From Welwitschia mirabilis (lineage: Eukaryota), in NCBI GenBank assembly GCA_051453625.1, contig JBOZIK010000001.1:40365919-40423655 (forward strand): DNA of 57,737 bases. Direction: 5' to 3'. The notes beneath the pieces were generated by a model. The model saw only the letters and a program-made list of their open reading frames with translations. It had not been told where the DNA came from and did no database searches. The translations under genes and the position numbers were made by a program. This document shows positions 40,111 to 51,699 of the stretch, in pieces. The stretch's first letter is position 1, and each line of letters begins with the position of its first letter.

Positions 40111-41567
40111 TGTTTGCATGCTAAAATTAACATTTTAAGCAAGCATAATTGATTAATTTATCATAAAGAAAGAAAATTTATTAATTTATCATAAAATAAT
40201 GTCTTCTATTATTTTTAAAATAAAATTTAATATTATGTTTTTCTCCATAATAATTGTAGGTTTATAGCCACGTTTTAAAGCGCATGAAAGTATCTGAACA
40301 TAATTTCACATAAAACAACAGTGACAATGGAGAAATGAGGTGGTGATATGTAGTCGTAGCATTAGAAGACATGTGGCAAAGATATGAGAATATTGTAGTA
40401 GAGACTTATGGTAATAGTATCGATTGGTAGAGGAATCTGACTCCAAAAGAGATGTGTTGAACTTATCATAACAAATATTCCATTAAATGCACATGACAAT
40501 CTCCACTAAACACTATAAGATAACCTCCACCACGTGCTAAATGATGAATATTCTACCTAACACTAGAGGACAGAACCTTATCTACCTAGTTCTACAAGAC
40601 AACTTACACCAAATTCTACAAGACAAAATTTTATCTATCTAATGCTAAATGATGAAGACTCTACCTAATGCTATAAGCCAAAATCTTGTAACCACTACTC
40701 TTCTATCTAACGCTGTAAGCTAAAAGCTTATAACTTTCTCTTATCCCCCATATCTTCCTATAGAAGGGCCTTGAACCCTTCATTGTATTCATCTTTTTGA
40801 TTGGCAAACTTGGGAAAGCCTTGAAAACTTCGATGTCATGATGTTCTAATACTATTTCTTAGGGGGGAAATGCTCAAGGCTAGTTGAGAAGTTTTTTATC
40901 TTCTCCTCCTTCATTGATGTAATGTATTTCTTTCAGTTTAATAAAGAATTGATTTGAATCCTTCTATTTTTAATGCATAATTTCAATTGGTATTAGCAAT
41001 GTTTAAATAAAACTAGTTCTTAAAGTAGGTTTTATTCTTTTATTATTAATGCACAGTAAAATGGTATTATTAATTTTTAGATAAAGCTTACTTAATTATT
41101 AACTTATTTTGAATGTGTGAGTTGTCTAAAGTTACTTTTGTGATTTATAGTGCCTATTGTTTAACAGATCTTGTGCACTTTGGTTCATACTTTTCATGCT
41201 TATAAAGGGCTGCGAAATAGTAAGAGGACTTGATAACTCACCAACACTCATGTGGTGGATGAGATTATGCCTCCTTGTGGAGCTTTAATGACTTGAAGAT
41301 TTAGTGTATGTTTCATATACAAGAATGATGGGAGCAAAGGAGAAGTAATGGATGAATCACTAAATCCTTAGAGCATTTTTAGTCCCTTGCATTACTAATT
41401 GAAGATCACTTTCTTTCTTTTAACTTCTGATTTTATTTTGTTTGAGTTTTCATTACGAGTAGAATAGTCTTATATGTTTTGATTAATTTACCTCATACAT
41501 CCCTATGGAAGAATAATACTAAGTGTCTCATTTATTTAAATCTGGATATTGTACTACAAGTTAAATA
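40111..41567 (+). repeat. 5' LTR (1457 bp)
   Basis: Direct repeat of 45236-46717. Confidence 0.92.
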
Positions 41568-44500
41568 GATGTGGTACCATTGCTAAGGATGTATTGGCAT
41601 AGTAATTTTTCAAGAGTACATGATTGTTTTGCTTGTAGGTTTTAATTAGATTTTATTTTTCTAGTGGTGGGTAATGGTTCTCTTTTCAATGATACCTAAA
41701 ATGGTCCTTTTTTCCCTTTCTTTTTTGCGTTTGTTTATTTACCTTTCTAGTGGTGGGTACTGGTCCTTTTTCTTTTGCTTTGTGTATTTCTGTTCTTTTC
41801 CTTCTAGTGGTAGATACTAATCTTATTTCTAGTGATGCTCGAACTATTTCTTTTTTGTTTTTATTTTGAGTGTTAGTTTAGTGGTAGGTACTGGTCCATT
41901 TCTAGTAAAACCTAAAGTGGTCTAAGTTGTTAAGTTTGGTTATTTTTCTAACATCTAAAACTTCATTTTTATATCTAATATTTTCAAGTTGCAGATCTAA
42001 CAACTTTCTTGTAGGTGCAACCAAACCTAAGATTGTGATTTTAAATTGAACCAAACTCTAATAATTTGTGTGTTTTATGTGTTTTTTTATTTTTGTAAAT
42101 TCTCTATACATTTTTCAGTTCTATTATTTTTTATTTCTGTTAGAATTTTTGAGAAAAATTAAAAATAGTAGGTTTGATTTCCTAAATTGCAATTTTATAA
42201 GATTCAGCTATTTTTGGGTTTTTGTTAACTTTTTCATGACCCTATATTGTAAAATTTAAAAAGTATAAACTTTAGCCAAAAATTGTAAACCGTTTTCTTG
42301 AAACTTAAACCATGAGTTGGGCCTTAAATACATTTCAAATGGCTTCCAATCTTCAAACTATCTATTCCTATAGTTTTTAGAATCATAATCAACCTAAGCG
42401 AACTGTAGTAGATTTCATTAGACTAAAAGGAACTCTAGGGGATTACCTTTAATATAACTCATACCAACCATAGCCCCTACATCCTTGTGATAATAAACAG
42501 ACTTTTGAAGAGTACCCTCAATCCCCCTCCATACATAGATCAAACTGCTTTAAACTTGAAAATACCTATCATGAATGAAGAGAATTTGATCCTACTTCTT
42601 CCTTTATCTCCAATGATTCTTATTATTCATCTTTAGATTCAATGTCTTGTGATCCATACCCTTTGTTTTCTCTTTCATATCCTTCATCCTTTAACCAATA
42701 CCCTTTATATCCCAAATCCTCTTCAAAATCCTTGGAAAAACCCTTATACGATTCATGGAATCCCAAGAGCAAATGAATTAAAGACAGCAGTAAATGAATC
42801 AAATACTTGAGCAAGATATCTAATAATTAGCCCAAGTCACTGCTCAAATCTCTAATGCATAAAAGAAGAAAACCTTTCTACATTCCATGAATTTACAAAC
42901 CTTGAAGGGATTAATAAAATTAGAAGTGAAAAAATCCAAATTTTATTCCTTAAGAATGAGAAAGAATCTCATAACAAAATCAATAATGACATCCAAGAGG
43001 ACCTTGAGTTTAGACATTACTTAGAGAGTGAATGGATGAATAAATGTAGACTATACTTTGGAGTAGAACTGAAAACTTTAGATGACAATAATCAATTTGT
43101 AGTAAGAAAATAGTTGAGCTAGAATAATTTATCAAATGCTACATAATAGAGGATGAATTCATGAATGACATGGACAACAGTGGAATTGAACCTATTCTTA
43201 AAACTCAACCAATGTTACTTACGCAACTTTGTAAAGAAGAATCTCATGAGGACCCTGATGAAGATAAGAATATTAATCAAGAGTCTTTTTCTCAACAACT
43301 ACTTGAACCAATACTAACATTCTTATTTTTAGCTTTTAAGCAAGACTTAAACCTTTATGATGAAGACCAATCCACATGTTTGAAGCCATCTTCTAATGCC
43401 TTTTCTTATATTCATTCACCTATTATGATTTCCACTTCACCTTTCTTCATCTAAAAATGATGTCTTGTGTGAGTTATTGAGTAAATAAGAATAGGTCAAG
43501 GGTTGGAAAATTTTTGATTTTGAATAAATTAATTTTATTTCTAGTGTTGATGTTCTTCAAAATTTCATGAATTCATGTATAAATTTTTATAGGGATTCAG
43601 TCTCATCTTTGAATGCATTGTATAATTTTAAGTCATTATTTGAACATCGCATTTATTATTTAAGCCTTCATGTTTGCAATACCTTGAGGGAAAAACTTTA
43701 AAAAATTATCATTTTATTCCATGCATTTAGATTAGATTTTTATTTTAGTGTGAATTATCCTTTTAGAATAAACTTTTGTTTAAGAAAACTAAAAATTTTA
43801 TGCTTGATTCCCTTTTTCATCTAGAATCTTGCAAGTACTTCCACCTGTACAATCACCATCTTAAACATTTTTAGGCAAGAAATCCTAAATACCACAACTC
43901 CATCGAATAAACCATCATTGCCTTCAATTTCATCTTCCATCCCTTTCATTTTTACTCCCTCTAATAAAGTCCATCAATCACCCTCCCCTTCCATCCATCT
44001 ATAAGTTCTTAAGATTAGATGATCTTGGTTGATGGCCCTAAGAGAATAAACTATTAATAAGTGATTGCATTATTATTATGAATTAGGTAGAATTTAAGTT
44101 TACTTACAGTTTTTTGGGAAGAAGTTTTACTTATTTTCAAGTTAACTTATTAAAGTTTAGTTTCACTTAAGGTCTTTTAATGGGAAAAGATGATTGAATT
44201 AAGGTGGAATTTATTTACATATCAAGTTAATTGTTTTACAATTATTTTATTGGGACAAGAGTTTTCTTCATTAGGCTAATGAAGAAATGACCCCTTTATG
44301 TGCATTAAAAATTATTGAATATGAGAAGGATAATTATTTTTTTAAAAAAATCTCTTCTCCTAAAAGAACATTACTTTATAATCAATTAAAATTGGGTTTA
44401 GTTAACTACATCATAGCTAAGAATGCTCGCGGGCAATGCAACTCTAATGATTTATTTATGACATGATTCAACTGCATTGGGGCTATAGACATTTGCTAGT

Positions 44501-45235
44501 AATGCAATACTAACTCCTTCATAAATCAATATATTAACTCTATTGGAAGGAGATGTCATAATACTGAATGCCCAATTAGATCAGAATGCATTAAATAAGA
44601 AAGAAGAAATGATTATAGAAAAGGTAATTTGGAATGAAAAAGGTGGAAATTGTGAGATGCTTTATGTGTTTACTTTTCTTTAACTTGTATACTTAGAGAC
44701 TCTGCTTAACTAATTTTTGATGACTTGTAGGTTTACTTGGAGGATATCTTATTTGTTTAATAATGTAATACATTTAAATTTAGAATAAATACATGAAATT
44801 TTTAATAAACATGGCCATTAACTTAGATATTCTATCTTTTGAATTTTTAGATGATGGATTTTTTGTTAGGCTTTATGTTTTGTGTTTTCTAAACATTCCA
44901 TTATAGTTTAAATCTTACATTGCATTATTTTCCATAAATACATTCCTCATTATCATTTGCTATCCATGTAATTAACCTATTCTCTAAAGCTTTGCATAAA
45001 TTTTTCATCTTTGTAACTTTAAGGATAAAGTTTAATTTTGGTTAGGGAATATGGAATCTGCTTTTATGGAATTTTTTTCAATTTTGATGATTAGTTATTA
45101 AAAATTAATTAAAATTTTCATAAAATATCATATTATTTCCTTACTTGCCATTTTTACTTAGTTAATTATCCCACGCTTGACCATTTCTTTATCACCTTTT
45201 TACTAAGGGTCTAGTAAAAGACTAGTTACGGGATG

Positions 45236-46717
45236 TGTTTGCATGCCAAAATTGACATTTTAAGCAAGTATAACTGATTAATTTAGCATAAGGAAGGACA
45301 CTTAATTTATTAATTTATCATAAAATGATGTCTTCTATTATTTTTAAAATAAAATTTAATATTATGTTTTTCTCCATAATAATTGCATGTCTTTAGCCAC
45401 GTTTTAGAACACATGGCAAAAGATGAACATTATTTCCCATAAAGCAATAGTGGCAAGGGAGAAATGAGGTGGTAACACATAGCCATAGCATTGAAAGACA
45501 TGTGGTAGAGGTATGAAAAGTTTACAGTAAGGACATGTGGCAATAGCATTGGTTGGTAGAGGAATCTAACTCCAAAGGACATGTGTTGGACTCATCATGA
45601 TAAAGATACCACTAAATGCTATATGACAATCTATACTAATTGCTACAAGACAACCTTCACCAAATGCTAAGTGATGTAGATTCTACCTAACATTAGAGGA
45701 AAGTATCTTATCTACCTAATGCTACAAGACAACTTATATCAAATGCTACAAGATAACTTACATCAAATGCTACAAGACAGAATTCTATCTACCTAATGCT
45801 AAATAATGAAGATTCTACCTAATGCTATAAGTCAAGAGCTTGTAACCACTACTCTTCTACTTAACACTATAAGACAAAATCTTGTAACCATCCTTCACAT
45901 ACATCTCTTCCTATTAAAGGGCCTTTATCCCTTCATTGTGTTCATCTTTTAGTTGGCAAACTTGGGGAAGACTTGAAGGCTTGGACATTATGATGTTCTA
46001 ATGCTCTTTATTGGTGGCAAAATGCTCAAGTCTAGTTGAGGAGTTCTTCTCCTCCTCCTTCTTTATTAATGTGATGTATTTCTTTTAGTTTTAATAAAGA
46101 ATTGGTTTGCGTCCTTTTATTGTTAATGCATAATTTCAATTGATATTAGCAATGTTTAGGTAGAACTAGTTCTTAAAGTAGGTTTTATTCTTTTATTGTT
46201 AATGTACAGTAAAATGGTATTAGAAATTTTAAATAAAGCTTACTTAATTATCAAGTTTTTTTGAATGTATGAGTTGTCTAAAATTACTTTGTGATTTATA
46301 ATGCCTATTGTTTGAGGATCTTGTGCACTTTGGTTCATACTTTTTGTGCTTATAAATGACTGTGAAGTAGCGAGAGGATTTGATAACTCACCAACATCAT
46401 GTGGTGGATGATATTATGCCTCCATGTCGATCCTTAATAACTTGACGATTTAGTGTATGTTTCAAATATAAGAATGATTAGAGAAAAGAAAGAGAGACGG
46501 ATGAATCATTGGATCTTTAGAGCATTTCTATTCCCTTGCATTACTAATTAAAGATCATTTTCTTTCTCTCAATTTCGGATTTTCTTTTGTTTGAGGTTTC
46601 ATTACAAGTAGAATAGTCTTGTATTTTTTAATTAATTTTCCTCATACGTCCTTATAGAAGAATGATACTAAGTGTTTCATTTAGTTTAAATCAGGACATT
46701 ATACTACAAGTTAAATA
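45236..46717 (+). repeat. 3' LTR (1482 bp)
   Basis: Direct repeat of 40111-41567, with one extra internal gctacaagacaac-type unit. Confidence 0.92.
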
Positions 46718-47599
46718 ATAAACTAAAAATTTAAGATATTATGATAATAAAAATAGCAAAAATTTGATTAAATGAAATAACTATAGACTATATGAATAAA
46801 ACTACATAGTTCTGTAGACATAGTAAGACTATTTTATAGATAGAAATAAACAAAATATTCTGAGCTCAAAAAACATTATAGAATGACATAATGTATAAAA
46901 TATTTCAGTTGTAATTCTAAAATAATTTAAATTGATAATGTAAATCACTTTGCAAATGAGTTGGATTGTTTAACAGACCACTAAAACAATTTTGTAGATA
47001 GATTGGAATAGTTCTACAGACAAACTGTAATAGTTTTGCAGATAGATTAGAATAGTACAATATTATTCAATGGGTGAAGAGAGACTAATTAGTAAGTAAA
47101 ATGTAGCTATTTTGACAGATTGAATGACTAAATAAATCCTATAAAGTAGATTTAATAAATTAAATAGAATTATTTAGAAGATAAAATGATGAGTATTAAT
47201 ACGCAGAACCTTCAAAATGATGATGAAATATTTTTAAAGATCTAAATCATATATTTGATTAATAAAATCATTAAGAAAAGATTGAAAATGTATCAGATAT
47301 GCCAAGAAAGGAAGAAATGGTGATTTAGACTTATAGAAAGTGGACTTACAAGATACAAGCTACTTTGAGCTTGATATCCAAGGAAACTCTTGGCTTCTAA
47401 ACTTACAATGATGGCTAAACTTGATTCCCGGCTGAAAAGGAACTTACTAACGACTAGTAGACTTGCTTCCTTCCAACAATTGAATGCTTTCCTCAAGTTA
47501 ACATTGCTCAAGCATTAGGGATGAATTTATAATGGGACGAAGAGGTTGAGAGATTGTGAAAAGGGTGGAATATGTGAGGATTTATGTAAAATTATAAAA

Positions 47600-47901
47600 T
47601 CCCAATGTTGAAAATCTTTATAAACTTGATGCTTTGATACCAAAATGTAATATCCTAAAAGTTCTATAGTTGAAAAATCTTCAAATTTTACGCTCTGATA
47701 CCAAAATGAAACAACCCAAAAGTTCCCAAAGTTTCACAATTGCAAAACATCAAAACTTAATGCTCTGATGCTCCAATACCAAATGTAATAACCCAAAAGT
47801 TCTATGATTGAAAATCTTCATAAACTTGAAGCTATAATACCAAAATGTAATGCTTCAAAATCTGATAGTTAAAAAATCCGAACTTGCTCTTGTATCCAAA
47901 T
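47600..47901 (-). repeat. Tandem array of ~60-bp units, each an LTR 3' end plus tRNA-iMet PBS
   Basis: PBS complements at 47631-47642, 47692-47703 (perfect GCTCTGATACCA), 47770-47781, 47831-47842 and 47886-47898. Each is followed by a 2-3 nt spacer and tgtaa(c/t)aaccc-like sequence. Confidence 0.88.
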
Positions 47902-50900
47902 TATAAAACTTCTCTATATAATTAAATTTAAAGCTAAAGACTTAATATTAGTCTAATAAAATTATATAAAATGCAATTTAAATTAATCAATAAATAAAAT
48001 TACTTAATTTATTTAGTCTGTTTTATGTTATTCATTCATCAAATGGCAATAGTAACTAAAAATGTTTAAAAATGATAAACTAGAATGTGATTTTTATTAG
48101 AAATACCCCATTTGTACCCTAAAGGGCGCAGATTAAGCTTAAATCCATGAAATTATGTTTAGGAAGTTATATTCAAGCCCTTTTTACAATTTTTAAAAAA
48201 TAAGAATTCGAACCAGTAAACAAAAACATTAGAAAATGATAAAAAAACTACATTTTTTACTGGAAACACCTAGGTTTTACCCTAAAGGATATGGATTAAT
48301 CTTATTTTTATAAAAAATAATATTTAAAAGTTACATTTTGAGACCTTTAAACTTTTATCAAACAAAAAGATAGTTACTAATTCTGATAAGGAGAAGAATA
48401 CATTTCTTGATCGGATGATGCATAAGAGAAACAAAAACAATAAGATGAAAAGGTATAAAGGAGAGGAAGATAATATGCAAACAAGATCACATTGCAGAAG
48501 GTAATCGCATCTGAGATTTTATGGAGAAGGTGCATAAGTAAAAATGCAATAAAAGCGGCTGAGAGAAATATGAAGATCAGCGAGAAATTTAACCATGTGA
48601 AAGGGAGAAAAAGGATAGATACAGACTTGTAAGGAAATCAATCATGTGTTGCTAAAATTCATTATAATATGTGGCAGTTACATTTTAAATGAACCATTTC
48701 TTTTATTTAACCAGTGCCTTCTTAATGTAATGGTAATTGTAGAAAGAAAGGTCGTCGTTATGATTCTATAACCCCTTTTTTCCCCTTTATATCATTTATT
48801 TAGGATGAAGATATACTACATTTGCCAAATTTAATAAATGGACATAATTTTACACTTTTATTAAACTTGACTACACATTAAATAACTTCACCATTATTAG
48901 GAACATACTTGTACACATATCCATAACACTTCTTATAATAAATTTGAGAGACTCATTATTAGAGATAAATAATATTATCATAATAATAGTACATGAAAAT
49001 TATACATAAATAAGTATACTTTAATTAAAGAAAAATGTATTCTTATATCACTAGGACCCACTACATGAGGGTTACAAGAACATAACTCAATTACATCTTT
49101 TCTTTAAATGAAAAGTTACAAGAAATCCTATCAATCTTAATAATATTGAAATATTCTTAGAACATGAAAACACATAGAAAACACTAGTATTAACTCCTCT
49201 CCACCTTGCTCCTTAAGAGATAACCTGTAGTATAAACATGACATGGTATGAAAACTGTACCTCCATAATTCCCAGTATGGTCCATGGCAAGGTTTAAGAT
49301 AAGGGTTTTTGAGAACAGGAAGGAATTCACAAAATATCAATTAACCAAAACATCAAATCAAAACAAAAGTTGAAGTAAAATGTCTAAATCTGATGAAGTT
49401 CAAAGAACATTATGCCCTATCAGAGGGATATCAATTACCCATTGTCTGCTGGATCATTCCTATGGCCAATAGGAGCCCCTCAGGTTAGATAACCCCCTGA
49501 AGCCATATGTATTATGCAATAGCTAGATGGATAACCACCCAAACACTGACAATCACTCGTATGGCCAGTAGGAGCCCTTCAGGTGGCCCAGCCTCTGAAT
49601 TTGCATGATTTGATCAAAATAAGCTTTAAACATCAAAGATGAATCATAGAGAGGATATGCATAAGAAAAGATTTACTTTAAAGAAGTGAAGGATGCAGGA
49701 TTCAATTAGAATATACAAGAAACAAATGTAATTGCATGAACCAAACAAGAGATTAATGAAAACCATAGAACCATATAAAGATATTAGAGAAGGATCATGA
49801 AACCATACAAAAAATTAAAGTAAGCCATAAAACTATACTAATTTTGAAGAAGAAAAATAAAGATCTTATAAAGGTTGCAAGTCTTCAAGGCTTTTCTAGG
49901 CTCTAAGACTCAGTAGCAAAGGGTTCTCCAAAAATGAAAGTAAGGGAAAAGGAGGAGGGTCCTATTTATAATTAAGGTTTGGAGAAATGTGAAGAGTCAC
50001 AAGAATATGAGGAAAAAATAAAAGTTGGTAAAGATTCAATGGATTTGAAGACAAAACATCATGAATGGGGTCAGCTGAAGTGGCGAAAGTTGGTGAAGAT
50101 TCTATGCATGTAAAGATAAAACATCATGAATGAGGGTAGTTACATAGTGGGGATTTNNNNNNNNNNNNNNNNNNNNNNNNNNNNNNNNNNNNNNNNNNNN
50201 NNNNNNNNNNNNNNNNNNNNNNNNNNNNNNNNNNNNNNNNNNNNNNNNNNNNNNNNNNNNNNNNNNNNNNNNNNNNNNNNNNNNNNNNNNNNNNNNNNNN
50301 NNNNNNNNNNNNNNNNNNNNNNNNNNNNNNNNNNNNNNNNNNNNNNNNNNNNNNNNNNNNNNNNNNNNNNNNNNNNNNNNNNNNNNNNNNNNNNNNNNNN
50401 NNNNNNNNNNNNNNNNNNNNNNNNNNNNNNNNNNNNNNNNNNNNNNNNNNNNNNNNNNNNNNNNNNNNNNNNNNNNNNNNNNNNNNNNNNNNNNNNNNNN
50501 NNNNNNNNNNNNNNNNNNNNNNNNNNNNNNNNNNNNNNNNNNNNNNNNNNNNNNNNNNNNNNNNNNNNNNNNNNNNNNNNNNNNNNNNNNNNNNNNNNNN
50601 NNNNNNNNNNNNNNNNNNNNNNNNNNNNNNNNNNNNNNNNNNNNNNNNNNNNNNNNNNNNNNNNNNNNNNNNNNNNNNNNNNNNNNNNNNNNNNNTAATG
50701 AGACCTTATTAGTAATTAAAACATTCCATAACATGATAGCAGTTTTGGTAATAAATAAAAATAATAACTCTACACGTTAAGCATCTTTATTTAAAATAAT
50801 TTGACATTTTTGAAAACAAGCAATTAAATGCATAAGTCAAGGCATAAAATAATATTCATAAAACTATTAGAAATAAAGAAAACATTCAAGATTTAGCATG

Positions 50901-50974
50901 AATTATTAGCTTTAAAATATTTAATCTTAAGTCTTGATTTCTTTTTTTTTTTTAAAGAGATTTGGGACATGAGA
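47902..50974 (-). mobile_element. Probable long chromovirus (Tekay/Del-like) LTR region, possibly composite, containing an N gap
   Basis: Adjacent to the PBS array. Duplicated tatggcca.taggagccc.tcaggt motif (~49461 and ~49560), cctatttata near 49960, and a terminus-like gggacatgaga near 50974. Confidence 0.45.
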
Positions 50975-51084
50975 ATTTGTTAGGATTAAGCCCTAAAAAA
51001 ATAGGAATAGGTGAACCATGCTTGGATCATGAAAGAGATCGATTTGAACTTTTCTTCCCATTTCTACGGATTGTTTGTGAAATT

Positions 51085-51650
51085 TTTTTGAAGACAAAGT
51101 TTTGAAGACATATTTTTGAAGATAAACTTTTGTAGACTGAGTTTTTTATGGAGATTTTTCTAATCGGAATTCTAGAAATGAGGTTTTATAGATGAAATGT
51201 AGAATTTGTAGGTGAAGTACTAGAGATGGAGTTTTGTAGATGAGGTGCTAGAAATGGAGTTTTGTAGATGAAGTGCTAGAGACAGCGTTTTGAAGACAAA
51301 GTGCTGGAGATAGATTTTTATAGATAGAGTACTAAAGATAGAGTTTTACAGATAAAGTATTGGAGATGGAGTTTTGCAAACGGGGTGCTAGAGATGAACT
51401 TTTGTAGACAAAAATGCTAAAGATAGACTAAAAATTAACTTTTGCAGTTAGGATAGAGTTTTGCAAATAGGACATTGAAAACCAACTAGAAATAGACTTT
51501 TGTAGACAAAGTATTGAAAACAAGCTTTTGCAAAAATATCACTAAAAATAGACTTTTGTAGATAAACCTTTATATTAAAGGTAAACTGAAAACAAACTTT
51601 TAGAGATAGAGCATTAAAGGTAGAGTTTTGTAGATAGACTTTTCTAGACA
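51085..51650. repeat. Degenerate ~28-bp tandem array (gagttttgtagatgaagtgctagagatg)
   Basis: Roughly 15-20 visible units with a ttttgtaga core, lying 3' of the integrase of the minus-strand Tat element. Confidence 0.9.
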
Positions 51651-51699
51651 TTATTTATTTCATAATCTAGACTTTATTTATGATTTGGGGAATTTTTTT

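Larger units (their letters stand above)
40111..46717 (+). mobile_element. Structurally complete non-autonomous Athila-like (LARD-type) element: LTRs 40111-41567 and 45236-46717, no recognisable pol
   Basis: Long, highly similar direct repeats starting tgtttgcatg and ending tacaagttaaata. PBS-like tggtaccattgctaagga near 41572, PPT region before 45236, and flanks ATGAG / ATAAA (TSD with two G->A). The interior holds only a decayed acidic or gag-like ORF region at ~42550-43454. Confidence 0.9.

Noticed and set aside
44479-44510. GGGGCTATAG resembling a tRNA-Ala 5' end
   Set aside because: No B-box or cloverleaf follows; it is part of the twin-hairpin motif.
47600-47901. CRISPR-like repeat-spacer appearance, also at 51085-51650
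   Set aside because: Eukaryotic TE context, the spacers are homologous to each other, and there are no cas genes.
50102-50734. Long ORFs made mostly of X, also at 234-533
   Set aside because: Artefacts of N runs.
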